DNA from: an uncultured Candidatus Saccharibacteria bacterium
Lineage (GTDB): Bacteria; Patescibacteriota; Doudnabacteria; UBA920
Assembly: GCA_964384035.1 (NCBI GenBank)
Contig: CAYLIB010000006.1
Location: forward strand, 13,336-77,335
Direction: 5' to 3'
Length of the DNA stretch: 64,000 nt
Shown: positions 50,596 to 60,176 of the stretch, piece after piece
Layout of the letters: each line of letters begins with the position of its first letter
How positions within the stretch are numbered: the first letter of the stretch is position 1
Program-made: the position numbers and the translations under genes
Notes under the pieces: model-generated
Seen by the model: only the letters and a program-made list of their open reading frames with translations
The model's database searches: none
Told to the model about the DNA's origin: nothing

Positions 50596-51904
50596 AAAAT
50601 CTGTACTCATCGGAGAAAACGTTTTTAGAAATAATACCACCCCTATTCGCTATAAAGACGCAGACAGGCTTAGGCATATGTATATGGTAGGCAAAACAGG
50701 GTCCGGGAAATCCAGTCTCTTTTTGCAAATGTGCTTACAAGACATATTAGCTTTCAAAGGGGTCTGCTTCATAGACCCCCACGGCGATGCGATTAACTGG
50801 CTTCTTTCAAGAATTCCAAAAGGAAGACTGGAAGACGTTGTGGTTATTAAACCTGGAGATGTAAATTTCCCAGTAGGGCTAAATTTACTAGAAGTCTCCG
50901 CAGGAGAAAATAGTAGTTTTTTGGTGAGTGAACTCATCAATATTTTTTATCGTCTGTTCGACCCAGAAAAAACCGGTATCATAGGTCCCCAATTCGAACA
51001 CTGGCTCAGAAACGGAGCGCTTACAGTAATGGCAGACCCAAACGGAGGGACGCTTTTAGAAATTCCCAAACTCTTTTCCGACAAGAAGTTTGAAAGCTAC
51101 AAAAGACAGTTCATAAAAGATCCGCTCGTTATGGAATTTTGGCAATCCCAGATGTCTAAGACGTCAGATTTTCACCGAAGCGAAATGTTAAATTACTTTA
51201 CTTCAAAGTTTGGCCAGTTTATGGGAGTGGAAACCTGCAGGAACATAGTTGGTCAAACCAACAGCACTATAAATTTTCAGGAAATTATAAATAAAGAAAA
51301 AATATTACTAGTTGACCTAAGCAAAGGCTCACTTGGTGAGCTCACGAGTAAATTTTTAGGCTTAGTACTTCTTGCAAAGCTCCAGTCCGCCGTGCTAAGT
51401 AGAGCACAGATAGGGGAGGGTGAAAGAATTCCCTTTTATTTATACGTAGACGAATTCCAAAATTTTACCACCGACACATTTCTTTCCATGCTGGCCGAGT
51501 CTAGAAAATATGGCCTAGCTGTTCATGTTACCAATCAGTATATTACCCAGTTACCCGAAGCTGTCCGCAAGGCAGTTCTAGCTAGCGTGGGTACGACTCT
51601 CTCTTTCCAAGTCGGTGCCGAGGATGCGGAGATTCTTTTACCGGAATTTTCACCTTTCTCGCTAGAAGACCTAACCAACTTACCAGCAAGAAATTTTCTA
51701 CTAAGACTAATGGTGGACGGTAGGACCACAGAAGCTTTCTCCGGCCAGACCATTAGCCACGACACCCTGCTTTCAAAGCATCTTGCTTTCAGTGAAGAAG
51801 AAACCGTCCCACAAGAACTAGTTCTAGAAGCATCAAGATTAATGCACTCCACTCCTGTAGCCTTGGTGCAAAAACAAATCCTCTCCCGTCTAGGTATAAA
51901 TTAG
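50588..51904 (+). CDS. VirD4/TraG/HerA-like P-loop ATPase (type IV coupling-protein-like)
   Basis: RLRHMYMVGKTGSGKS, IDPHGD, YLYVDEFQNF, ESRKYGL. Confidence 0.88.
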   Translation: MIEKSVLIGENVFRNNTTPIRYKDADRLRHMYMVGKTGSGKSSLFLQMCLQDILAFKGVCFIDPHGDAINWLLSRIPKGRLEDVVVIKPGDVNFPVGLNLLEVSAGENSSFLVSELINIFYRLFDPEKTGIIGPQFEHWLRNGALTVMADPNGGTLLEIPKLFSDKKFESYKRQFIKDPLVMEFWQSQMSKTSDFHRSEMLNYFTSKFGQFMGVETCRNIVGQTNSTINFQEIINKEKILLVDLSKGSLGELTSKFLGLVLLAKLQSAVLSRAQIGEGERIPFYLYVDEFQNFTTDTFLSMLAESRKYGLAVHVTNQYITQLPEAVRKAVLASVGTTLSFQVGAEDAEILLPEFSPFSLEDLTNLPARNFLLRLMVDGRTTEAFSGQTISHDTLLSKHLAFSEEETVPQELVLEASRLMHSTPVALVQKQILSRLGIN

Positions 51905-51957
51905 TCTTGTAAAATTATGAGGAAATACATACATTTAGTACTAGTAAAGGAGGACTT

Positions 51958-52128
51958 ATGGGTTTCGATCTATCATGGACTCATGTGGAAAATCAACTTC
52001 TGCGTGAGTTGGTCAAACAATACTTGGGCTATCTATTGCTCGGACTCGTAGGAGTTGTTGTGGGGTTATTACTAGTAACCCTAGTAAAGCTCTGTTTATG
52101 GCTTTATGCTTTCAACTTAATGTGCTAA
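51958..52128 (+). CDS. Small 56-aa membrane protein not in the ORF track
   Basis: AAAGGAGG RBS; MGFDLSWTHVENQLLRELVKQYLGYLLLGLVGVVVGLLLVTLVKLCLWLYAFNLMC; hairpin gtgct/agcac plus T-tract at stop. Confidence 0.6.
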   Translation: MGFDLSWTHVENQLLRELVKQYLGYLLLGLVGVVVGLLLVTLVKLCLWLYAFNLMC

Positions 52129-52215
52129 ACAAAGCACTTTTTTATTTGCCCAGTTATACTTATAATCCATAGGTTAGGGAACCACAGTACTTTTCAAAAT
52201 TCAAGGAGAAAAACA

Positions 52216-53586
52216 ATGAAGATAGCGCTCATTATGTCGCACGGGAAAGTCCATGGTAAAAACGGAATTTTCCAAAAAGCTCTGCGTTACGCTCCGCTCA
52301 CTCTACCTACACTGGCAGCTCTCGTACCTGAAGAGCTTAAAGCGGAAATAACCATCTATGACGAAGGCGTCGAAGATGTAAGCATAGACAAAATTGATGC
52401 AGACATTGTCGGGCTCTCATGTATAACGGGGATAGCTTACCATGTCTACGAAACCTCTGCTCGGCTAAGACAGCGAGGAATTAAAACCGTAATTGGTGGA
52501 TTGCACGCAACACTCTGTCCGACAGAAGCAATGAATTACGCAGACTGTGTTATAACCGGTTTTGCAGAACGAACGTGGCCACAAGCTTTAAGAGATTTTA
52601 GTAATGGTCAGCTTAAAAGTCGTTACGACCAAGAGCAGCCATTCAAATTCGAAGGTATACCAATACCAAGGCGTGATCTCTTAAAGAAAAACGCCTACAT
52701 CACTATGAATACAATTCAGGCAACCAGAGGGTGCTACCAAAAATGCGACTTCTGTGTGGTGCCCAATGCATGGGGGAGTTTCTGGTCCAGACCCGTTCGC
52801 GAAGTCATCGAAGAAATCGAAAAGTTAGACAAAGGTCCATTTCTGTTTCTCGATCTTTCACCAAACGAAGATCCCGAGTACCTAAAGAAGCTCTACAAAG
52901 AACTCATCCCTTTGAAACGCATTTGGGGTGGTCTTGCGACCATCGAAATCTCACGAGATAAAGAACTTCTGAATCTCGCGAATAAAAGTGGTTGTCGCGG
53001 TCTGCTCATTGGTTTCGAATCAGTAAACCAAGAGACTCTTCGTTTGATGGGTAAAGGCAAGCTTAATGTAGCCGACCAGTACTATGAAGACGTAAAGCGT
53101 CTACACGGCGCAGGTATCGGAATTAATGGTTGTTTTGTTTCGGGGCATGACGGAGATGACGAAAGTTGTTTTGAAAGAACGTTAGAATTCGTGGATCGTG
53201 CAAAAATCGACCTACCTCGATTTTCAATCGTAACGCCTTTTCCAGGGACGGCACTTTATAACAAACTCAAGAGTCAAAATCGTTTGCTAATGGATGGTGT
53301 TTCTGGGTGGCAACATTACAACTCGCAAGAAGTAGTCTTTAAGCCCATTGCCATGACACCCGACCAACTACTCGCAGGTCACCAGTGGCTCTGGCGGGAG
53401 GCATATCGTCTTCCTGTTATAGCCCGTAGGTTCTTAGGTTCACCGGCGCTTCACACCGTAATGGCTTTAAAGCACGTTCTGCCAGCCAATATGGCGTACA
53501 GGTTCTTTGCTGACAAATTACCAGAACTAATGATGACCACCTGCGAAACCCCCTCCACCTCCCTCCCCCTGCTCCTGTCCCAGTAG
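52216..53586 (+). CDS. B12-binding radical SAM protein (1)
   Basis: N-terminal Cbl-binding-type domain (PLTLPTLAA, VIGGLHATL); RGCYQKCDFC; IGFES; TPFPGT. Confidence 0.93.
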   Translation: MKIALIMSHGKVHGKNGIFQKALRYAPLTLPTLAALVPEELKAEITIYDEGVEDVSIDKIDADIVGLSCITGIAYHVYETSARLRQRGIKTVIGGLHATLCPTEAMNYADCVITGFAERTWPQALRDFSNGQLKSRYDQEQPFKFEGIPIPRRDLLKKNAYITMNTIQATRGCYQKCDFCVVPNAWGSFWSRPVREVIEEIEKLDKGPFLFLDLSPNEDPEYLKKLYKELIPLKRIWGGLATIEISRDKELLNLANKSGCRGLLIGFESVNQETLRLMGKGKLNVADQYYEDVKRLHGAGIGINGCFVSGHDGDDESCFERTLEFVDRAKIDLPRFSIVTPFPGTALYNKLKSQNRLLMDGVSGWQHYNSQEVVFKPIAMTPDQLLAGHQWLWREAYRLPVIARRFLGSPALHTVMALKHVLPANMAYRFFADKLPELMMTTCETPSTSLPLLLSQ

Positions 53587-53607
53587 TATTGAAATTAAGC
53601 ATAGTGA

Positions 53608-53687
53608 GGGGTGGCGCGGAGGCGGATCCCTTAAGTAGCGCGCAGTGCATCCGAGCACTACTTAAGGTGCCGCAGTGACAGGACCCC
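53608..53687 (+). repeat. GC-rich structured intergenic element
   Basis: Nested stems ggggt/acccc, gcgg/ccgc, ccttaagtag/ctacttaagg. Confidence 0.55.
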
Positions 53688-53721
53688 GGTGTATTAGAAA
53701 TGGATGTGAAATGGAGATTAG

Positions 53722-55107
53722 ATGAGAGATTCATTTAAAATAACGCTTATCGTTCCGCACGTTGGTCGTAAAGACCCAACCAACTTAAAAGAGTATGTAA
53801 GAACTTGGCAAATGCCGAGTCTCACTATGCCCATCCTCGCGGGTCTCACCCCAAAAGACGTCGAGATTAAATTCTTCGACGAACGCGTCGAGTTCATAGA
53901 CTTCGAAGACAAGACTGATCTCGTAGCCATCACTGTCGAAACATTCACTGCCAAGCGCGCCTACGAAATTTCTGCAATCTACAAAGCACGCGGCACACCT
54001 GTCGTTATGGGTGGCTACCACGCTATGCTAAAACCCGCCGAAGTTTCGCACTTCACAGACGCGTGCATTATAGGTTTTGCAGAAAGTATCTGGCCACAGG
54101 TAGTTAAAGATGCACGCAGTGGAAAGCTACAATCCGTCTACGAGAGAAGCTCTTCAAGCCCCGTAACTTTCGGTATGCCGGACCGCAGAATTTTAGGTAA
54201 GAAAAATTATTTACCTTTGGTGCTCTCAGAAACCGGCCGCGGTTGTCCGCACTCCTGCGGTTTTTGCAGTATTACCTCTGCAACTAAAGCAACCTACTGG
54301 CCTCGGCCCGTAGACGAAGTAGTAAAAGATTTGGCGGAAGCGAAATCTATCGGCATTGGAAGTGACGTCTTCCTCATAGACGACAACATCGTCGGTAATC
54401 CCCGTTACGCTAAGGAACTTTTTACCGCGTTAAAAGATTTGCGTATCCGCTGGTTCAGTCAGGGTACGCTAACTATGGCGCGCGACAAAGAACTTCTAAA
54501 GCTAATGGCCGAAAGTGGATGTATGGGAGTACTAATTGGCTTCGAGTCTGTAAACGAAAAAACTCTTAAGAGCTTCGGAAAAGATTTTAATATTCCGCTC
54601 TTAAGAGATATGAAAGAATCCGTAAAAAGAATCCACGACTTTGGAATCTGCATTTACGGCACTTACATTTTCGGTTACGACGAAAGCCTGGAAGACATTC
54701 TCGCGACCGCACATTCGGCCGAAGACCTAGAGCTTTTTATGGTCGCCTTCAACCATATGATTCCTTTCCCAGGGACTAGGTTGTTTAAGGAACTAGAGGA
54801 TTCTGGGCAACTTACCGACACCGAGTGGTACCTCGATCCCAGTTATCGTTTTGGCCAAACACCCTTTACACCAAAACTCCTCTCACCTAGAGAACTTCAC
54901 GACGCCTGTATTCAAGCAAGGAAGCATTTCTACCGCTATACAAGTATTCTGAAGCGCAGTAGTAACTGGAAGGGGAACCTAACCACTCCCAGCAAAGCTC
55001 TTCGCTATTTCATAATCAACTACCTCCTTCACCGCGAGGTAGGGGAGAAAGATGGCCTACCCTTAGGTAATCTGCCAGCAAGACCGCAATTACTGGCTCC
55101 CGCGTAG
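53722..55107 (+). CDS. B12-binding radical SAM protein (2)
   Basis: VMGGYHAML; RGCPHSCGFC; IDDN; IGFES; PFPGT. Confidence 0.93.
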   Translation: MRDSFKITLIVPHVGRKDPTNLKEYVRTWQMPSLTMPILAGLTPKDVEIKFFDERVEFIDFEDKTDLVAITVETFTAKRAYEISAIYKARGTPVVMGGYHAMLKPAEVSHFTDACIIGFAESIWPQVVKDARSGKLQSVYERSSSSPVTFGMPDRRILGKKNYLPLVLSETGRGCPHSCGFCSITSATKATYWPRPVDEVVKDLAEAKSIGIGSDVFLIDDNIVGNPRYAKELFTALKDLRIRWFSQGTLTMARDKELLKLMAESGCMGVLIGFESVNEKTLKSFGKDFNIPLLRDMKESVKRIHDFGICIYGTYIFGYDESLEDILATAHSAEDLELFMVAFNHMIPFPGTRLFKELEDSGQLTDTEWYLDPSYRFGQTPFTPKLLSPRELHDACIQARKHFYRYTSILKRSSNWKGNLTTPSKALRYFIINYLLHREVGEKDGLPLGNLPARPQLLAPA

Positions 55108-55180
55108 CCAAAACTACGCGGTTTTTATTTTCCCAAATAATCTATATAATATGTGTCATCGAAATAAGGAGGAAATATTT

Positions 55181-56296
55181 ATGTCCAAATATGCTTTTGA
55201 AATTGCGGATGAATCTCACGAAAGTGGGTTAAGAGAAATTTTGAGACAAACAGAAATGCCTGGTAATATCTCACTCTCATTTAGGAGAGAGCCAAATTTT
55301 TTCATTGCTGAAAAAACCGGCAACATCTCAAGTGATGTAGTGGCTGTTAGGGATCTCGATAAAAATAAGCTGGTAGGAGTAGGTGCAAGATCAATACGAA
55401 AAAACTATATAAGAGGTAAAGCAAGTAACATCGGGTACCTAAGTGCTTTAAGAGGGTTACCTGAAATCTTAGGCGGAACGCTTTTGGTCAGAGGTTTTCG
55501 TTACCTAAAAAATCTTCATAAAAAGGGAGAAGTTCCTTTCTACTACACGACCATTTTAGATGAAAATTCCTGGGCAAAGGAAATGCTCACTAGTAAGCGT
55601 TGCGGACTCCCAGTGTACGAAGATCAGGGTATATTAGTAACGCATATGCTACCTCTATATAAGAGACGTTGGAAGCAAAATAATACTCCAGGATTAAATA
55701 TAGTAAGAGTCGGTAGAGTGCCTTACCTCATTCGGCAGGTGTACGAAGTAGTTAACGAATTCAATCGTTACTATGATTACTCGGCTGTAGTGAGTTTTGA
55801 TTCTCTTAGGTCACCTGAACAGTTTTATCCAGGGTTCTCTACAGAAAATCTATTCGCAGTATTCAGGGACGGTCTCATTACTGCTACGCTCGGAGTGTGG
55901 GATCAATCCAATTTCAAGCAAACCGTAGTAACTGACTACAAGGGGTTCTTGAGTTATTTAGCCCCTTTGTCTAGTTTAGGCTCAAAACTCGGTCTAATGC
56001 CGGAATTGCCGAAGATCGGCGGGTCATTTCCTATTCTCTACGCCTGCTTTGTTACTTTAAAACAGGGATATGAGGCGGATATGGCAGTTTTACTGTCCGA
56101 GGTATTGCGACTATATTCAAATCAAGGTTATTATTATTTGCTTGCTGGGAGTCCAAAAGGCAGTCCTGTTGAAAAAATATTCGAATCACAAGAATCCTTT
56201 AGGATCACCAGTACGCTTTACAGGGTTTACTGGGAAGAAGACGCTATCTTTCTTCCAAAAACTCTGGTTCCATATCCGGAAATTGCAACGCTTTAA
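55181..56296 (+). CDS. GNAT-like fold protein
   Basis: AAGGAGG RBS; FRREPNFF, LVGVG, IGYLSALR pattern typical of GNAT-like N-terminal domains. Confidence 0.6.
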   Translation: MSKYAFEIADESHESGLREILRQTEMPGNISLSFRREPNFFIAEKTGNISSDVVAVRDLDKNKLVGVGARSIRKNYIRGKASNIGYLSALRGLPEILGGTLLVRGFRYLKNLHKKGEVPFYYTTILDENSWAKEMLTSKRCGLPVYEDQGILVTHMLPLYKRRWKQNNTPGLNIVRVGRVPYLIRQVYEVVNEFNRYYDYSAVVSFDSLRSPEQFYPGFSTENLFAVFRDGLITATLGVWDQSNFKQTVVTDYKGFLSYLAPLSSLGSKLGLMPELPKIGGSFPILYACFVTLKQGYEADMAVLLSEVLRLYSNQGYYYLLAGSPKGSPVEKIFESQESFRITSTLYRVYWEEDAIFLPKTLVPYPEIATL

Positions 56297-56318
56297 ACTT
56301 AATAGGAGGCTACTGAAA

Positions 56319-57035
56319 ATGGCAATAGAGCATGCACGAGTTCTTACTTCGTCACTCTTGAGGTGCGATAGAAGAAAAATGTTCAGTCTCATGGAAGAGT
56401 GCTATTTGGGTATGAGCTGGGTTGAATTCAATCGGGACCTCGCCGAAAAAGACGAAGTAATGATACTCAGCGAAGAAGGGGAGATAGTTGGATTCTCTAC
56501 ATTGGTCACTTTTGACTTTTTAGTCGGTGAACAAATTTGTACAGCCCTTTTTTCTGGTGATACCGTCGTTAGTAAAGATAAGCGAGTCAATATTGGTTTT
56601 GCAAAGGAAATTGTTTCCTACTTCTATCAGAACATAGACTTGGGAAAAAATACTCCTGTCTATTGGACTCTCATAAGCAAAGGATGGAGAACTTTCAGAA
56701 TTCTGCCTTTTCTCTTCAGAGAGTTCTATCCAAACCCCTTTGCGAAAATTGAGAATTCGAGGCTAAAAGAAGTCAGGGATGCATTCGGAAAACACAAATA
56801 CCCGAAGTACTATAAGGAGAGAACCGGTTTAATCCAGTTTCCTACACCAGTTCAAAGACTTAAACCGCGGTCAGATGAAGCAGAATGCAATAGGGATGAT
56901 CCGTATGCAAAGTTCTTCTTCGAAAAAAACCCTGGATACTTAAACGGAGATGAATTAGTTTGTGTAGCAGAAATAAGTATCGAAAACTTCACCCGCTCCA
57001 CCATTAAACTCTTAGGCGATAAATTGCATAAGTAG
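56319..57035 (+). CDS. GNAT-like hypothetical protein
   Basis: AGGAGG RBS before 56319; IVGFST, LFSGDTVV, YWTLISKGWRTFR, PGYLNGDELVC. Confidence 0.6.
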   Translation: MAIEHARVLTSSLLRCDRRKMFSLMEECYLGMSWVEFNRDLAEKDEVMILSEEGEIVGFSTLVTFDFLVGEQICTALFSGDTVVSKDKRVNIGFAKEIVSYFYQNIDLGKNTPVYWTLISKGWRTFRILPFLFREFYPNPFAKIENSRLKEVRDAFGKHKYPKYYKERTGLIQFPTPVQRLKPRSDEAECNRDDPYAKFFFEKNPGYLNGDELVCVAEISIENFTRSTIKLLGDKLHK

Positions 57036-57039
57036 AGAT

Positions 57040-58668
57040 ATGAGAAAAATAACGCACTCCGCTATCTTTGTAAGCTGTTATTCAGCGTACAAATCCTGGG
57101 TAGCTAAAACCGCCTCTGTTGAAAATTCCCAGCAGAGGCTTTTATTTTCTATCCTAAATAAAAACAGAAATACCGTTTTTGGAAAAAAGTTTGGTTTTGA
57201 AAAAATACAGAGCATTAAACACTTCCAAGATCAAGTATTCCCACAAGTTTATGAAGACCTTGAGAGTTATATCAAGCGCATGCTTTCAGGAGAAATAGAA
57301 GTGCTTACCGGCGAGAGGGTGCTTCTCTTTGAGCCCACAAGTGGATCAGTATCTGCCTGCAAATACATACCTTATACAAAAGGTTTGCGACAAGAATTTC
57401 AAGCTGGTATAAAGCCCTGGTTATATCTTCTTTATCGTGACTACCCGTCTATCCGCAGTGGCGTACATTACTGGTCTATAAGTCCAAGAGTAACTAGAGG
57501 GCTCACCCAAGGAGGTATTCCCATTGGCTTCGAGAAAGATACCGAATATTTAGGATTACTCTCGCGTGTATTTCTAGATAGAGTTATGGCTTTACCAGGT
57601 GAGGTCACGCATGTTCCTCACATCGAGAACTTTCGCTACCTAACATTGTTATTCCTGCTATCGCATAAGGATCTGACTTTTATATCCCTATGGAATCCCA
57701 CCTTCTTAAAAATTCTTCTCGAAGCCCTCGTTGACTTTAGAGAAAGTTTCATAGAAGACATAAAGTCAGGTTCGTTAAACCCACCTGTAAAGTTATCAAA
57801 AACTCTTAAGGATTATTTTCTTTGGAAATTAAACTTTTGTCGTAGAAGGTCTGTCGAAGTAGTATCTCTGCTTCGTGAGAATCAAGATCCTTATTCCTTA
57901 GCAGGCGCACTCTGGCCTAAGCTATCCCTGATTAGCTGCTGGTCAGACGCAAATGCAAAGGATCAAGCAATAAAGCTTCAAAGAAAATTTCCTTACACAC
58001 CTTTTCAACCAAAGGGTTTAATTTCTACCGAAAGTTTCGCAACATTCCCATATCCTGGTTTAGAAGGAGGAGTGCTTTCTCTAGGTTCCCATTTTTTCGA
58101 ATTTGAGAAGAATGGAAAATACTTCTTGGCCCATGAGATCAGTCTAGGTGAGACTTACTCGTTAGTTGTTACTACAAGCGGGGGACTATATCGTTACCAA
58201 ACAAAAGACCAAGTTAAAATTACGGGGTTTCATAATCAGTGCCCCTCTATGGTTTTTGTTGGTAAAGAAGATTCCATAGTAGATCTAGTTGGTGAAAAAC
58301 TTTCTGAGGGCTTCCTGGTAAAAGTTATGGATGAATTTTTAAATAAATATTCCATAGAACCAGAATTTTGGATGGTCTCGCCGAACCCCATTGGTAACGG
58401 GTATTGTTTGTTTATCAAATCCACTGAAATTCTTCCCGTGAACCTCGCTCTAGAGATAGACATTAAGCTTCGTGGAAGTTTTCACTATTCTTATGCAAGA
58501 ACTTTGGGACAGCTTGAAGAGTTCAAGGTGGTAGCATTGGATAACAATATCAATCCTTCGAAACTCTATCTTGAAACCTGTACGAAACTAGGACAAAAAT
58601 TAGGAGATATCAAACCCAGAAGGCTTCATCAAAGTAATGTATGGTATAAAGTATTTAGTGCAACCTAA
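57040..58668 (+). CDS. GH3 family adenylate-forming acyl-acid amido synthetase-like protein
   Basis: NRNTVFGKKFGF, FEPTSGS...KYIPYT, STES, VVTTSGGLYRY, DLVGEKL. Confidence 0.88.
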   Translation: MRKITHSAIFVSCYSAYKSWVAKTASVENSQQRLLFSILNKNRNTVFGKKFGFEKIQSIKHFQDQVFPQVYEDLESYIKRMLSGEIEVLTGERVLLFEPTSGSVSACKYIPYTKGLRQEFQAGIKPWLYLLYRDYPSIRSGVHYWSISPRVTRGLTQGGIPIGFEKDTEYLGLLSRVFLDRVMALPGEVTHVPHIENFRYLTLLFLLSHKDLTFISLWNPTFLKILLEALVDFRESFIEDIKSGSLNPPVKLSKTLKDYFLWKLNFCRRRSVEVVSLLRENQDPYSLAGALWPKLSLISCWSDANAKDQAIKLQRKFPYTPFQPKGLISTESFATFPYPGLEGGVLSLGSHFFEFEKNGKYFLAHEISLGETYSLVVTTSGGLYRYQTKDQVKITGFHNQCPSMVFVGKEDSIVDLVGEKLSEGFLVKVMDEFLNKYSIEPEFWMVSPNPIGNGYCLFIKSTEILPVNLALEIDIKLRGSFHYSYARTLGQLEEFKVVALDNNINPSKLYLETCTKLGQKLGDIKPRRLHQSNVWYKVFSAT

Positions 58669-58745
58669 ACTGCAACCAGATTGCAGTTTTTTTTATTTCT
58701 GGGATAATTAAACCGCTGTCCATAAAAAATCAAATAGGAGGAAAT

Positions 58746-60095
58746 ATGCACGTAACTTTTATCGTTCCGCAAATCGGAATGCCCACTAACAAGAAGTATC
58801 TCAAGTCATGGCAAATGGAACCACTGGCTATAGCTATCCTTGCTGGGCTTACCCCCAAGGACATTCAGGTGTCATTCTTCGACGAACGAATAGAGCCAAT
58901 AGAGTTAAATAACAAAACTGATCTAGTCGCAATAACTTGCGAAACCTACAACGCCAAACGCGCATACGAGATATCTCGCATGTATCACACTAGAGGTATT
59001 CCCGTTGTTTTGGGTGGTTATCACCCAACTCTACTTCCCGAAGAAGCAATGCAGTACGCAAGTACAATTGTTGTGGGTCCTGCCGAAGACTGTTGGGAAA
59101 AAGTTTTAGAAGATGCCCGCAAAGGAGAGCTTAAAAGAGTTTACGCAAGAGATAAGTCTCTTCCGATGCGATTTGGTATCCCAGATAGAAGTATCTTCAA
59201 AAAAAAGTCCTATTTCGGAATTCACTGTGTAGAAACGAGTAGGGGATGCCCTCTCTCTTGCGACTATTGTTCCATTACCGCAGTCAACGGCGGAAATTTC
59301 TGGCGGAAACCCGTAGATCAACTAATCGAAGAAATAAAAAACCTTCGTACAAAAAATGTCTTCTTCATAGACGATAACTTTATCGGGAATATACGTACTG
59401 CTAAAGAAGTTCTAAAAGCGCTTATTCCTCTAAATATTCGCTGGTTCTCTCAGGCTACTATAAACGTAGTCAGAGATAAAGAAATTCTGAGACTTCTCGA
59501 GAAAAGTGGATGTGTGGGTTTATTAATTGGTTTTGAATCTACCAATCCTAATACTCTCATGGGAATGGATAAGCCAGTAAATATTAAAGCAGGAAGTTAT
59601 GGTGATGTTATAGAAAGACTTCATAGAAAAGGTATAAGTATCTATGGGGCATTTATTGTCGGTTACGATAATGACCAAGAAGGAGACTTCGATTCCGCAG
59701 TGGATCTTGCCATAAAAAATAGACTTTTTATGTCGGCCTTCAACCATCTCGTACCCTTTCCCGGCACAAAGCTATACAACAAGCTCGAAAAAGAGGGCAG
59801 GCTTTACTATCCAAAGTGGTGGTTAGATCCAGCATTTCGTTTCGGCGACGCTCCCTTCGAACCCCAAAACTTCACCCCAGCGCAATTAAAAGAAATTAGT
59901 CTGGAAGCTAGGCAGCGTTTCTATGAAATTGGTTCAATCTGGAGGAGGCTTTATAACTGGAGGGTTTACAGAAAGCGTCCCAAGATGCTCTATCCTTATT
60001 TGCTTATGAATTTTTTACTCAAAAACGAAGTTACTAAACGCCAAGGCTTCCCCTTGGGTAAGCACAATACCTACCCCCAACCTCTTTTTAAATAA
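58746..60095 (+). CDS. B12-binding radical SAM protein (3), paralogue of (2)
   Basis: VLGGYHPTL; RGCPLSCDYC; FIDDN; IGFES; PFPGT. Confidence 0.93.
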   Translation: MHVTFIVPQIGMPTNKKYLKSWQMEPLAIAILAGLTPKDIQVSFFDERIEPIELNNKTDLVAITCETYNAKRAYEISRMYHTRGIPVVLGGYHPTLLPEEAMQYASTIVVGPAEDCWEKVLEDARKGELKRVYARDKSLPMRFGIPDRSIFKKKSYFGIHCVETSRGCPLSCDYCSITAVNGGNFWRKPVDQLIEEIKNLRTKNVFFIDDNFIGNIRTAKEVLKALIPLNIRWFSQATINVVRDKEILRLLEKSGCVGLLIGFESTNPNTLMGMDKPVNIKAGSYGDVIERLHRKGISIYGAFIVGYDNDQEGDFDSAVDLAIKNRLFMSAFNHLVPFPGTKLYNKLEKEGRLYYPKWWLDPAFRFGDAPFEPQNFTPAQLKEISLEARQRFYEIGSIWRRLYNWRVYRKRPKMLYPYLLMNFLLKNEVTKRQGFPLGKHNTYPQPLFK

Positions 60096-60176
60096 AGGAG
60101 GTTATTTTATTGACTTAATTTATATAGAGTGGTATCTTGTCGTATCCACGACGCTACAATTTTTGGAGGATTAAAT

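Noticed and set aside
51958-52128. RiPP precursor for the radical SAM cluster
   Set aside because: Looks like a TM peptide; no SPASM/RRE-type domains, peptidase or leader-core pattern evident
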